This document shows, in pieces, positions 34,510 to 48,100 of a stretch of DNA of 64,000 nt. Position 1 is the stretch's first letter. Each line of letters starts with the position of its first letter. The stretch is from IMG/VR virus record IMGVR_UViG_3300033143_001962, positions 1 to 64,000 of that record, one strand, 5' to 3'. The position numbers were made by a program, and so were the translations under genes. The notes beneath the pieces were generated by a model. That model was not told where the DNA came from and did not search any database. It saw nothing but the letters and a program-made list of their open reading frames with translations.

Positions 34510-35274
34510 ATGTTAGAAGATAGAATATCTGAACTTGAAAGTGAAGTAGTACAAGCACCGATTAAAAAAGATGACGTGTTAAACGAAGCTGTGAAAAATT
34601 ATAATATAACAGAAGTGCAAGCACTTACAATAGAACAAGTGCTAGGTATCATTGCCTCGAGGGTGAAAGATGTTAATCAAGATACCGACGAAGTAACTGC
34701 TAGTAGTGTTGGATTATACGGACTACGCATTCCGCAATTACAAACAAGAATTGTAGTTAAACCGCATATAGCAAACGGTGATGCAAGTGTAATTTTAAAC
34801 GATTCGTCGGTGTTTACAGGCCGCGAAGGTATTACACATGTTAACGATATTCTCGATAACGAAAACGTACAAAATAAATTACTACAAGAAACAGCAACAT
34901 TTGTAATTAATAAACTAACACAAAGAAGTCTGTTAAACAATGAGGGTGCAGCTACTATGGCAGCGGTACTCGGAGCAGCAATGAAGTACAGTGTAGATGA
35001 AATTGCAAGTTGGATAAACGGTACAGATAATACAGATATAAATAAAGTAGCAAAGCAAGCACAATACGCATCAGCCCTAGTTGATCAAAAAGTAGCTGAT
35101 GAAATTGCTAAGATACAAGCAGGAACAAATGGTGCAGTAGTTGTAGTACCAACACGTAACACAGGCACTGTAGATGATAGAGCGTCTACTAAAATGATGA
35201 ACGCAATGATAAACAACAAAGCAGATCCTGTAGAATCAAGTTACGTAGAAAAAGATGATGAGGAATATTTCTAA
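34510..35274 (+). CDS. hypothetical baseplate-region protein
   Basis: Between gp5 and gp25, tightly coupled. Confidence 0.5.
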   Translation: MLEDRISELESEVVQAPIKKDDVLNEAVKNYNITEVQALTIEQVLGIIASRVKDVNQDTDEVTASSVGLYGLRIPQLQTRIVVKPHIANGDASVILNDSSVFTGREGITHVNDILDNENVQNKLLQETATFVINKLTQRSLLNNEGAATMAAVLGAAMKYSVDEIASWINGTDNTDINKVAKQAQYASALVDQKVADEIAKIQAGTNGAVVVVPTRNTGTVDDRASTKMMNAMINNKADPVESSYVEKDDEEYF

Positions 35275-35648
35275 TGCCGAATTTTATAGGCTTTAATACA
35301 ATAGGACAAGATAAGAAGTTCACACTAACTGATTATGAGTTAATTAAACGTGATTTATTAAATGCATTTAGTATAAGGTTAGGCACAATGCCAGGACGGC
35401 CTGAGGTTGGTTCGAAAATATGGGAAATGGTATATGATCCGAACGATGACATCTTAAAGCGTGAAATTGAAAATGAAATCACCCGCATTATTAACACAGA
35501 TCCACGCGCTGAGTTACAGTCTATACGTGTTACCCAAACACATAACACCGTGAACGCAGAAACAAAAGTTCTAATAGCACCGGATTCAAGTACTGAAACA
35601 CTGTACTTTATATTTAACACGGACACCCAAACAGTAACAGCACAATAA
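35274..35648 (+). CDS. gp25: baseplate wedge / sheath initiator (gp25-like)
   Basis: IKRDLLN.F....G....P.VGS.IW...YDP ... DPR. Confidence 0.85.
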   Translation: MPNFIGFNTIGQDKKFTLTDYELIKRDLLNAFSIRLGTMPGRPEVGSKIWEMVYDPNDDILKREIENEITRIINTDPRAELQSIRVTQTHNTVNAETKVLIAPDSSTETLYFIFNTDTQTVTAQ

Positions 35649-35705
35649 ACTGCATACATTATAGTTCACCATAAATACAAACAATAGTATTTAAGGGAAA
35701 ATATA

Positions 35706-38700
35706 ATGGCTACAACTACACGTCAAACGGCAATCTTCGGTACAGAGGATTGGAAAAAGCTTTATAAAACATATAAAGAAGCTGACTTCCAAAGTTATAA
35801 CTTTGAGACCATTCGTAAAACAATGGTTGACTACTTACGTCAACACCACCCAGAAAGTTTTAACGATTTTACAGAGAGTTCAGAGTACGTTGCAATTTTA
35901 AACGTAATGGCATTTATGGGCCAATCACTTGCTTTCCGCTCAGACTTAAACACTCGTGAAAACTTCTTAGATACAGCAGAACGACGTGATAGTGTTACAA
36001 ACCTTGCTAAACTAGTAGGGTATACACCAAAGCGTAACGATGCAGCAAGTGGCTATTTAAAAGTACAATCAGTAACTACAACAGAAAACATCACTGACTA
36101 CAATCGCGTTAATCTCTCTAACGTAACAGTACGCTGGAACGATAAAACAAATGACGATTGGCAAGAACAATTTAGTACAGTACTTAATGCTGCATTAATT
36201 GATTCGCAAAAAATCGGCCAGCCGGGACGTAGCGCAGATGTAGTTGGAATTAAAACAGACGAGTACGCTATTAACATGACAGCAGGCTTTTTGCCAGTAG
36301 TTCCATTTAATGCATCAGTAAGTGGTTCACAAATGGACTTTGAACTTGTTAATGCTTCATCAGTGAACAAAAATTATATTTACGAACCAGCACCAAAAGC
36401 TGATGCTAAAATTAACTTATTGTTCCGCAATGATAATAATGGTTATGCAAGCGGTAGCACAGGTTACTTTTTCCACTTTAAGCAAGGTTCATTACAGACA
36501 CAAGACTTTACACTAAGCGAGCGTATTGCAAATCATTCAGTTGAATTTGATACAGACGGTGTTAATAATAGTGACGTGTGGTTATTTAAAGTTGATGCAG
36601 AAAATGCAGTAGTAACAGATGAATGGACTGAAGTAGAAAACATTTACGCATCTAATAACTCACAACTTGATACAGAAGATAGAAAGTTCTTTAGTGTTAC
36701 AAGCAGAGCAGCAGATCAAGTTACACTTAACTTTGGCGATGGCGTGTTTAGTGATATCCCAGTAGGTACATATCGTTCTTACTTACGTGAGAGTAACGGT
36801 CTTGAGTACGTTATCAACGCAGAAGAATTACAAAACATTGATGTTAGCTTAAGCTACACAAGCAGAACTGGACGTCCAGAAACAATTACATTTACACTTA
36901 GTTTAACGACTCCAATTACTAATGCTAAGAATAGAGAAAGCTTAGACGATATTAAACGCCGCGCACCAGCACGTTTCTACACACAGAACAGAATGGTAAA
37001 CGGCGAAGATTATAACAACTTCCCTTACACTGCATACAGCTCGATTATTAAAAGCAAAGCAGTTAACAGAACAAACATAGGCGCAAGTCGCTATTTAGAT
37101 TTAGTTGATCCTACTGGCAAGTACAGTAGCATTAACACATACGCAAGCGATGGATTAATTTATAAAGACGAGAGCTTGAAGTCATTTAACTTCACGTTCA
37201 ATGATAAGAATGACATTGATTTAGTATTCCGTAATAAAGTAGAACCACTACTTGCTTCACGCGGCACTATACAATTTTACTACGAGAACTACAGTAGAAT
37301 TGACATGTCATCAATTGATATACAGTGGAGTCAGAGTACTACTATAACAAATGAAACGACCGGCTTCTTTAAGAACTCATCGGATGCTCCGCTTAGTATA
37401 GGGTCATTTGTTAACGATAATAGAGAGTACTTAATTCCTAATGCACTTATTAAATTTATTGCTCCAAACGGGTATCACTTTAACGCAACTAACAAATTAG
37501 TACCAGGTACAGTAGTAACACCAGAAGATAAAGATGAAATTTGGGCAACTATTGTTTCGGTAGATACAGACGGAACAAATCAAGGTGTTGGTAATTATGA
37601 AGACGGAACAGGTCCAGTTACATTAAATCAGTTTGTGCCAACTGAAGCAATCCCGGCAGAAATTATTCCAGTGTTTAGCACAGACTTACCAGTTGCACTT
37701 GAGCAAGAAATGTTAGCGCAAGTAGAATTGTTACGTAACTTTGGCATTAGATTTGATCACTTAACAAATACATGGTACATTATTGCAGCAGATGATTTAG
37801 ATGCACAAGGTGACTTTAGCTTAGATAACGCAGGATCAACTAATAACGTAAATGAAGATGCGAGTTGGATAGTACGCTTTATTAGTACACCACAAGGCTA
37901 CGAAGTATCAGGAAGAGTCTTACAGTACTTCTTCTCAAGTGTACTTGAAACACGTTTCTTCTTTGATGATAGCAGACAAATATTTGATCCAAGAACTGGC
38001 AAGGTAGTAAACGACTTTATTAAAGTACTTAAAACAAATAGTAAGCCAGACAATAACGAACCACTGGCTGGTGATATCATTATGGATATTATAGATCAAA
38101 GTGTAGAGACTGATGGCTATGTAAACGATTACAAAGTAGAAATAAGCTTTACTGATAGTGATAAAGACGGCATCGCAGATGACCCGGATTACTTTAATAC
38201 TTTAGTTAATGCAGAAGTAGATAGTACTCGTAAAAACGTGTACTTCCAAAGTACTGTAGATTTTGATAACTTAGAACGTTACCTGCCTATTGCGTCAGAC
38301 ACTGTTAATGCAGAGTACGCAACAGAAGCAGACATTGCTTTAGTTAAAACAGAAAACGTAAACGGTCAAATATTTTATGCTTATACAGATGATGCATTTT
38401 ACGAATTAGTAGTTGACGGTATAGACCGCAGCATAGTTTTACGTACAGACTACAATGCACAAACAGGACGTGATAAATTACACTTCCAATATAAACATAA
38501 TAGTCCAGAAACAAGACGTATTAATCCAAGTGTTACAAACATTATAGATATCTTTGTTGTTACTGCTAGTTACTATGAAGCGTTCACTCGCTACATTCAA
38601 GACAATACGAATACAGTTGAAAAACCGATCGTACCAACAACAGATGAGCTAACAGTACAGTACGAGAAGTTACAAGATAGTAAAATGGTTAGTGATAATG

Positions 38701-39098
38701 TTGTTATGAATAGTGTTAAGTTTAAAGCACTGTTCGGAGATAAAGCAGACGATAATTTACAAGCATATATAAAAGTAGTGAAACTTAATAATGTTGTAAC
38801 AAGTGATAGTGAAATTAAAAGTAATGTTATTTCAGCTATTAACGAGTACTTCGATATTGATAACTGGGACTTCGGTGATACATTCTTCTTCAGTGAACTT
38901 AGCGCATACTTACATAGTAAGCTTGGTGACGTTGTAGGATCTATTGTTATTATTCCTAAGGATCCACTTAAAACATTTGGTGATTTATATGAAATTAAAT
39001 CAGCACCGCATGAGATATTTGTAAGTGCGGCAACAGTTAACGATGTAAATATAATCGATGCTTTAACAGTAAGCAAGTTACAGAACGGAGCGGTATAA
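35706..39098 (+). CDS. gp6: baseplate wedge protein (gp6-like)
   Basis: FNDFTESSE, ENFLDTAERRDSV..LAKLVGY.P, FGDGVF, ESLDDIKRRAP..FYTQNRMVNGEDY. Confidence 0.85.
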   Translation: MATTTRQTAIFGTEDWKKLYKTYKEADFQSYNFETIRKTMVDYLRQHHPESFNDFTESSEYVAILNVMAFMGQSLAFRSDLNTRENFLDTAERRDSVTNLAKLVGYTPKRNDAASGYLKVQSVTTTENITDYNRVNLSNVTVRWNDKTNDDWQEQFSTVLNAALIDSQKIGQPGRSADVVGIKTDEYAINMTAGFLPVVPFNASVSGSQMDFELVNASSVNKNYIYEPAPKADAKINLLFRNDNNGYASGSTGYFFHFKQGSLQTQDFTLSERIANHSVEFDTDGVNNSDVWLFKVDAENAVVTDEWTEVENIYASNNSQLDTEDRKFFSVTSRAADQVTLNFGDGVFSDIPVGTYRSYLRESNGLEYVINAEELQNIDVSLSYTSRTGRPETITFTLSLTTPITNAKNRESLDDIKRRAPARFYTQNRMVNGEDYNNFPYTAYSSIIKSKAVNRTNIGASRYLDLVDPTGKYSSINTYASDGLIYKDESLKSFNFTFNDKNDIDLVFRNKVEPLLASRGTIQFYYENYSRIDMSSIDIQWSQSTTITNETTGFFKNSSDAPLSIGSFVNDNREYLIPNALIKFIAPNGYHFNATNKLVPGTVVTPEDKDEIWATIVSVDTDGTNQGVGNYEDGTGPVTLNQFVPTEAIPAEIIPVFSTDLPVALEQEMLAQVELLRNFGIRFDHLTNTWYIIAADDLDAQGDFSLDNAGSTNNVNEDASWIVRFISTPQGYEVSGRVLQYFFSSVLETRFFFDDSRQIFDPRTGKVVNDFIKVLKTNSKPDNNEPLAGDIIMDIIDQSVETDGYVNDYKVEISFTDSDKDGIADDPDYFNTLVNAEVDSTRKNVYFQSTVDFDNLERYLPIASDTVNAEYATEADIALVKTENVNGQIFYAYTDDAFYELVVDGIDRSIVLRTDYNAQTGRDKLHFQYKHNSPETRRINPSVTNIIDIFVVTASYYEAFTRYIQDNTNTVEKPIVPTTDELTVQYEKLQDSKMVSDNVVMNSVKFKALFGDKADDNLQAYIKVVKLNNVVTSDSEIKSNVISAINEYFDIDNWDFGDTFFFSELSAYLHSKLGDVVGSIVIIPKDPLKTFGDLYEIKSAPHEIFVSAATVNDVNIIDALTVSKLQNGAV

Positions 39099-39101
39099 CA
39101 A

Positions 39102-42100
39102 ATGGCAAGAATTCGTAGTGTAGATTTTTTACCTGAAATCTTTCAAACAGAGACTAACAAAAAGTTCTTGAACTCAACTCTTGATCAATTAATTCAAGAG
39201 CCAAAGTTTAAAGAAGTACAAGGTTACATCGGACGTAGGAATGCACCTGGTGCAACGCCAACTGATGGCTATGTACTAGAACCTACAGCTGATCGTACTA
39301 ACTATCAACTTGAACCGGGCGTGACATTTAAAGATAGCGATGGCAAGACAATTGATGCTCTATCTTACTTAGGACTTATTAACGGACTTAAGGCTGCAGG
39401 CGCGAATGTTGATAATCACGATCGTTTATTCCGTAGTGAGACATACAGTTGGAGTCCGTTTATAGACTTTGATAAATTTGTTAACTACTCACAGTATTTT
39501 TGGTTACCGGCTGGCCCAGATAGCGTAGACGTAGGCGAACTTGCTGACGGCGTACTGTTAACTAACGACTTTAACATGGAGCAAGAAGAAGATACATACA
39601 GCGTAGAAGACTACAGTATCGACAATCCAATCATTACAGTAGCACGTGGTGGCGAATATACATTTAATGTTAATCAACCAGGACAAGAGTTCTTTATACA
39701 AGCACAACCAGGTGCCGACGGTACCATGCCATGGGCTGCAAACATTAGTTCACGTGACGTACTTGGTGTTAGCAACAACGGCGAAGACAGCGGCGCAGTA
39801 CAATTTAACGTACCGCAAAGTAACGCACAAGACTTCTACCATAACTTAACAAGCATAGGTGATGTTGATTTAGCAACCTCAGTACGCATGGATGAGATTG
39901 CAGATCAATTATTAGATGATGTCGGTGAACACTTAGGCATACAAAACATCAACAACAATACTATTGTATTTTTAAATGATCAACTAGGCGATGCAGTCGA
40001 CTTAGGTTGGATCAATAATGGAATCCCACTGACAACATTAGCAGAACGTTATCAAGTTTTTAAAATCGTTCTCGAAGACGTCGCAGGCGATGTGTATGTT
40101 AGACTAAACCCTTACCAACTTGTAAATAACTTAGAAAAGTTTACAGTACAGTACGGTAACGAACACAGTAACAAGACATTTTATAAAACTCAACAAGGTG
40201 TGTTTAAAGAGATGCCAATTTTAACAGCATCATTGACTACACTGTACTATCAAGATTCATCACACCCGGATCGCTTTGGTGTTATAAACATAGTCGATGC
40301 AAATGAATCTCCTACACTTAATATAAGTGATATACTTGGCAGAACAGATTACACTAGCGCAAATGCAGTGGTGTTTACTAATGGATTAAAAGTTAAATTC
40401 CGCGGCAACACAAACCCAGCAGAGTACAGCGACAATGAGTACTTCGTTGAAGGCGTAGGCACTGCTATTAAGTTAGTCGCTGTCAGCGATTTAATAATAC
40501 CAGAAGCGTATGCTAAGAGTACGACAGCACCATGGGATACTAGCCCATTTGATTCAGCAGGACTCGATGGAACATTAAATGCCCCACTTGATCAAGACTA
40601 CATCACAATTAACAGATCAAGCATTGATAGAAACGCTTGGTCGCGTAGTAACAGATGGTTCCACATTGATGTAATTACTAAGACAGCAGAATATAATAAC
40701 GTTGTACTAGACTTAGATAATAACGACAGAGCAGACAGACCCGTAATAGAGTTTGATGCAGACTTACGTTTATTTAATTACGGCACTAACGGTAAGGATA
40801 GTATTAACATAGTAGACACTACAGAAGTAGATGCACTTTCAAACGTTAATGACGAAGAAAGCTATACTATAGACGGATATAACTTAGTAGAAGGATCACG
40901 GGTTGTTTTCGCAGCAGATGCGGATTTATCAGTGCGTAATAAAATTTATGTTGTTGAACTAGTTGACTTAAACAACAACGGCACAGAGACTATAAACTTA
41001 ACTCTTGCAGAAGATAGCGAAAGTGAAAACAATGACGTTGTACTTGTTACTAACGGATTAACACAACAAGGCGCAGTGTTTACATTTACTAATAATGTAT
41101 GGGTACAATCACAACAAAAAGAATCAGTTAATCAAGCTCCATTGTTTGATGTGTTTGATACAGCTGGTACCTCACTCAGTGATTTACAAGCATATCCAAG
41201 TACTTCATTTGCAGGTACTAAGGCATTTAGTTATGCAGAAGGAACTGGTCTTAAAGATAAAGTCTTAGGCTTTCCATTAAAGTACTTAAACATTGATAAC
41301 TTAGGTGACATCGTTTTCGAGAACAACCTTTACACTGATACGTTTATTTACGTAGAGAACAGTGTATCAAAAGACAATAGCCCGGTTGGCGATGGTTACT
41401 TAAGAAAGTACAGCACACGAGAAGAATACACAAATGAAATTGGTTGGTCTAAGACAGTTGAAGAATCGTACTTAGCACAAATTTTAAACTTCGAGTACAC
41501 AGGTGCAGCACTTGAATTAGATGTATTACCTAAGGTAGGATTGAGTATACCAGCTGTACATATTACTATTAACAACGAATTTATTAACCCTTCAGACTAC
41601 ACAGTAACTGATAACGTTATTACATGTTCGAATATTATTGCAGAAATAGGCGATACTATCACTGTTAATGTTATAAGTGACGAAGTAAGTAAATTAGGTT
41701 ATTACGAAATTCCAAGTAATATAGCAAGCAACATGTTTAATGAAAATACAGATTTGCTTACACTAGGTACAATCCGTAATCACTTTAATAACTTATCACA
41801 ACATATCTTAGACATTGATGGTGATGTAAACGGTGCAAACAACTTACGTGACTTAGGCGACATAAGCCGTTACGGTAATTTAATTGTACAGCAATCAGCA
41901 CCACTGGCACTTGCAGCAATGTTTATGCGCAACAAAGAATATAACTTCTTTAGTGCTACAGAGTTCAATGCAAGACAATACGAGAAATTTAAAAACCAAT
42001 TAATGGATTGGGTTAGTAAGAACGAAGTATACGGAATGGATGCAGGCGAAGTACTTGATGCCGCATTGAAAGAATTAAATGCTAACAAGCACGTAGACGG

Positions 42101-45100
42101 AAGTTTTTACTGGAGCGACATGCTTGCGACAGGTGAAGACTTCGAAGCAACAGAGTACGGTATTACTGCTATAAGCACAAATACTTTTACAACTCTTTAC
42201 TCGTACAATTACACAAGCGCAAATAGTAAAGCATTATTAGTGTACGTAAACAATGAACTACTAACTAAAGATGCAGAATACACAGTAGCGAATGATGGCC
42301 CACGTATTGAAATTTTAACTACTCTAGACGTAGGCGACATTGTTACTATAAAAGAATACAACACAACAGTTGGTTCAGGTATACCAAGTACACCTACTAA
42401 AATGGGAATGTACCCTAAGTTCAAACCAGAGCTGTACACAGATAACACATACGTTAAACCAACAGATGTTATCAGAGGACACGACGGTAGTGTTACAGTA
42501 GCGCACGGCGACTTCAGTGATGATGTTTTACTTGAATTTGAAAAACGTGTTTATAATAACATTAAAGTTAATGCTGAGATACCACTATTGTACAGTGATG
42601 TACAAGGTGGACAATTCCGCTTCACAGATTACACTGACGCTGAAATCAATCAAGTACTTGCTCCTAGCTTATTAAGCTGGTTAGGTTGGAACAGAATTGA
42701 TTACAAAACACAAGACTACAATAAGCTAGAAAGTAAAACATGGAACTACAGTTCGGCACAATGTAAAGAAGGCGACAAAGTAGCTAAAGGAAACTGGCGC
42801 GGAATTTATAACTGCTTCTACGACACAGATGCACCACATGAACGCCCGTGGGAAATGCTTGGTCTAACAGAGCAGCCAACGTGGTGGAAAAATAGATACG
42901 GCCCTGCACCTTATACAGCAGGTAACTTAGTACTATGGGACGACTTAGAAATTGGCTTAATTAAAGAGCCAGGTAACGAACGCATAGCAGAAAGATTTGT
43001 GCGCCCAGGATTAACAAACGTACTTCCTGTAGACGGTGAAGGCAAATTGTTAATGCCGCTTGATACAGTAATATCAGATTACACTGAATATGACTTTAAG
43101 AAGTCTTGGGCACTAGGCGATCACGGTCCAGCAGAAACAGCATGGCGTAAGTCAAGCGCGTTCCCTTATGCTGTACAGACTTTATTAGCATTAACTAAGC
43201 CTGCGCAGTACTTCAGCTTAATGGCAGACAGAGATAGATACACTTACAACACAGATTTTAATCAGTACTTGTACGATGAAAGACATAGAATTGATTCACG
43301 TAAGGTAGAGATACTTGAAGAAGATACATTTAAACATAGTTACATAAATTGGATTGTAGATTATAATAAGCATTACGGTTATAACTCATCTGAGAAACTA
43401 AAAGAAGATATGAGCAACTTAGGTGTTAGCTTAATGCACCACATGGCTTCATTTACAGATAAGAACAGCTTACGTATATTTACAGATAAGAGTTCCCCGG
43501 ATAGCACTAATAGTAGTTTATTACTACCAGACGAAAGTTACAACTTATTAATGTACAAGAATCAACCATTCGACGAGATTATATACTCATCTGTCATTGT
43601 ACAAAAAACAGAAGATGGCTATTCAGTGTCAGGTAACAGTGCAACGAACCCGTACTTTAAAATATTTGCAAGTGAGCCAACAGGACAGTTTAAAACTATT
43701 ACGGTAGGACGTACAGAGCGTACATCGACATCTGTTAATGTACCGAAAGACTTCACAGAAGAAGTCGTGTTTATCCCTTATGGTCACGTATTTAGAAGCA
43801 GACAAGCAGTAGCAGACTTTATCGTAAGCTATAACAAGTACTTAGTAGCACAAGGTTTGCAGTTCAATGACGCAGTAGGTACTATACAAGTTGATTGGGA
43901 AGAAATGGTTAAGGAGTTTATTTACTGGACTGACCAAGGCTGGTCAACAGGCAGTGTAGTTAATTTAAACCCATCAGCAAGCACATTAGAATTCGAACGT
44001 GAGTTAGTACTTGTAGACGACTTAAACAATTTAGAATTAAACGAACAACCACTGGATCAAAACCGCGAGCCATTACAATCCGGCGATTATGTTGTTGATA
44101 GAATTGATAATAACTTTAAAATTAGAATGTTAAACAATAACGTTATAAGTTACTTGAAGTTTAACTTAACTAACTTCGAACATTTATTAGTACTTGATAA
44201 CGTAAGTATCTTTAACGACTTAATGTACGATCCGGTTACTGGTGTTAGACAACATCGTGTTAAACTTTCTGGTTTTGCAACATATGATTGGAACGGCCAA
44301 CTTGATGCGCAAGGCTTCTTATACAACGACGATAACGTAGTTGAATGGAGCCAAACTAATAGCTACAACACAGGTGATATTGTTAAGTTTAAAAACTCGT
44401 ACTGGAGTGCAGCAGAAAAGCTACAACCAGCAGCAGAGTTTGATTTTAGTAAGTGGGTCAAGACTAATTACAATGATATTAAGAAAGGCTTGTTACCTAA
44501 TATTGCAACGAAAGCAGACCAACAACTTGATTTCTATAATAATAAAACAGCTAACTTAGAAAGTGATGTTGATTTAATGGCACTTGGCTTAACAGGCTTC
44601 AGAGCGCGTGATTACTTACGTGCATTAGATTTACATGACATAAGTCAAGCACACATATACAGTGACATGATACAGTCTAAGGGAACAGCAGATAGCTTGA
44701 ACTTATTCCAAGATGTTATACTTAACAACGAAGTTGTTGATTACGAAATATACGAAAACTGGGCAATTAAACGTGCAGAGTTCGGTGCGAGTAGTAGCAG
44801 AAGTTACATTGAATTACAATTAGATGAAACGTTCCACACAAGCAATCCGAGTATTGTAGAAGTTGTTAATGCAACCATTGACGCAGAATTTGGCGACCAA
44901 ACAATTACAACGGCAAACATATACAAGCAAAGCGAAAAGAACATAGATAAAAACATACTACCAACTAACGGTGATAAGAATTTAGATACTATGCTACCAT
45001 CAGCAGGTTTTGTTAACCCAGACGATGTAGATATTGCTATATTTGAATTAGCTGACTTCCCTGAAGTGACAGATGTCATTGATGGTACACTTGTATGGGT

Positions 45101-48100
45101 TGCTAAAGATACAGTAACAGATTGGAATGTGTACAGAGCATTTGAATTAGAAGCAGTGATAACAGATGTGCTTGATAACTTAGACGGTTCACTTACATTA
45201 ATATTTGATACTGAACACGGACTAGCAGCAAGTGAAATTTTAGTAGTACAAAATGTTGATGCAGCATTAGTAGATGGCACACATATTATAAGCTCAGTGA
45301 CTGATGACTTTAAAGTTGTTATCCCGGGCGAGTTAGCACAGAATCAAACTACTATAGATGATGTTACAGGAACAGCATTAAAGTTCCTATCAGTGCGCAT
45401 GGAAAATCCAAGCAGCATTGCAGGCTCATTTGTTGATAACAGATTATTTGCAACGGATACTGTATGGATTAACGAATACAATAGTAAAGGTGCAGTGTAC
45501 GAAAAGTCAAGTCCATTTACACCAGTGGTGTCTTACATTAGCCCAGAAGAAGAAGCTAATTCGGAGTACGGTTATGACGTAGTACAAGGTTATAACGGCG
45601 CTGGCATGATGGTAAGTGATCCGGCTATTAATACAAAAGGACAAGTGTTCTGCTTTGACAAATTTGGATCAGCCGATTATATATTAAATCAAGTACTTAA
45701 ACTTAGATCTACAGAAGTAGCACGTTATGGTGAATCACTTGCGATGTCTGAGGAATGGGCAGTAATTGGTGCACCGGGCGACGGAGCATCTATACCAGGT
45801 GTTGCAGTACTAGTATCACGTGATAAGGTTAAAGGATTGTTTAATGAAATTCAAGTTATGACTCATCCTGACGCTACTAACGCAACTCTACTAGATACAG
45901 AATTCGGTAAGAATGTTACATTAAGTACAGATGAGAATTGGTTGTACGTAAGCGAACCTAATGCAAACAAAGTTCACTCGTATCAAAAAGTAGAACATCA
46001 AGCACAAACTATTGCAACAACAATGGACGGAATTACCCAGAATATTTTTGTAGAAGATGTTATTAAAGCTGATACAAAGAATGAATTGTCGGTGACGTTA
46101 GATGGCAACTTACTTTCAACAGCAGAGTACGAATACGACGGAACAAATGTAGTATTTGATGTTACGCCAGCAGATGGTGTTATTGCCCGCGTGTCACGCT
46201 TAGACTCGAATGTGTTTGACGGTAACGGCTCAGCTCAATTCACAATAAACAATGTTTATGCATTGAATGGAATTGATTCTATTAGAGTAGCAATTGATGG
46301 CAATATACAACGTCCGCGATATGATTACACACTAGCAGGTAACGTGTTAACATTTACAACAGCACCTGACTTAGGTACTAATAATATAGTAGTTACAGTT
46401 GATACACATTTTGCTTATGTGAGCACTATTGCAGAAGCAAGTGGTGACTTCAGTACAGCAGTTGATGCAACGACAGATAGCAGTCACATTATAATTACAG
46501 CACCAGCAGATGACAAAGCATATATTTACGATAGAGTTGTTGAACGTTTTGTAGTACACAAAGATGATGCTCTATTAGAACCAATTACGTTTACCCTTAA
46601 TCCTATCGCAGGTAGAACTGTGAGCGGTAATGTATTTGTAAATGGTGTGAAGCAAATTAAAGAAGGATTCAATGTAAACCCTAATTACAGTGTAAGTGGT
46701 AATACAATTACATTTATAACAGACAATGTAAAAGTCGGCGACTTCGTTGATGTTGATACAACTGAATTTAAAGAAATACAAACATTAACAGGCCCAGCAG
46801 GTTCAAGCTTTGGTAACGATGTAAGTATTTGTAAGTCTAAGTGCTCTATATACTTCGGCGCTGAAAATGATAACGACGGCGAAGGTAGTGTTGTGCGCTA
46901 TGTTAACAAAACAAGAATGTACGGTATTATACAAAGTACAATACAGGACTTAACAGTTAGTGTAGGTGATAGTTTACGTGTCAATAATGTTGAGATCGTA
47001 TTTACAGGAACAACAATAGACCAAGTAGCACAAGATGTCAACGATGCTGCAATACCGAATGTTATTGCAAGTGTTAACGATGGTTACTTAATAATCGAAC
47101 TTAAGAACAAAACAATTACATCGATTGCTAACAAGTTAGACGTATTGCCTGGCAAAGGTACTACAATGGCATCGCTTGGCTTACAATCTTACTACAATGG
47201 ACAAACAATTACAAGTCCGCAACCAGCTGCTGGAGCACATTTTGGTAGCTCGGTGCAAATTGACTTAAACTTAAATCAATTAATTGTAGCAGCGGTAAAT
47301 GGGCCGATTGCATACGGCGCAGACACAACTGAAGTTCTCGCAGATACAACAGCGTATACAGCAGACATGGCATCAACAGGTGTAGTTTATACATACGATT
47401 TACTACCTGACGCAACAGAGTTTAGTGAAGGCAAATTAGTATTTGGCCAACAAGTTATAGATGATAAGATGGTAACTACCGGACTGTTTGGTAATGCCGT
47501 AAGCTTAGTAGACGGTACACTAGTTGTTGCATCAATTGCTTACGACACAGACACGTTAACTGATGTAGGGCGAGTTGCTATATTTGAAAATAAAGAAAAC
47601 AAGTTAAGCTGGAATGCAATTAAAACAGAAAAAGACATTGTTGATGTTAGCTTAATTAACTCAGTATTCATTTACAACAATGAAACGTTTGCTGTTGAGC
47701 AGTACCTAGATTACATCGATCCACTTAACGGTAAGATACTTGGTGTAGCTAAACAGAATATAGATTACATAGAAACAAAAGAACCAACAGTGTATGGCAG
47801 CGACTTCACAGGTGCATTATGGGGCAAACAACAAGTTGGACAAATGTGGTGGGATATTAGTACATGTAGATTTGTTGATTATAATCAAAACGATAGTGTA
47901 CAAGCAAGCAAGCTATGGGGCAAAATGTACCCAGGTAGCAGTGTTGATGTTTATCAATGGATTGAAAGTGATGTGACACCAGACTTATACGACGGCGCAG
48001 GTACAGTGTACGATGTAACTAAATTTGTTACAATGTCAGAAATAAACAATAGCGGTATTATACAAAATACTTATTACTACTGGGTTAAAGGTGTTAATGC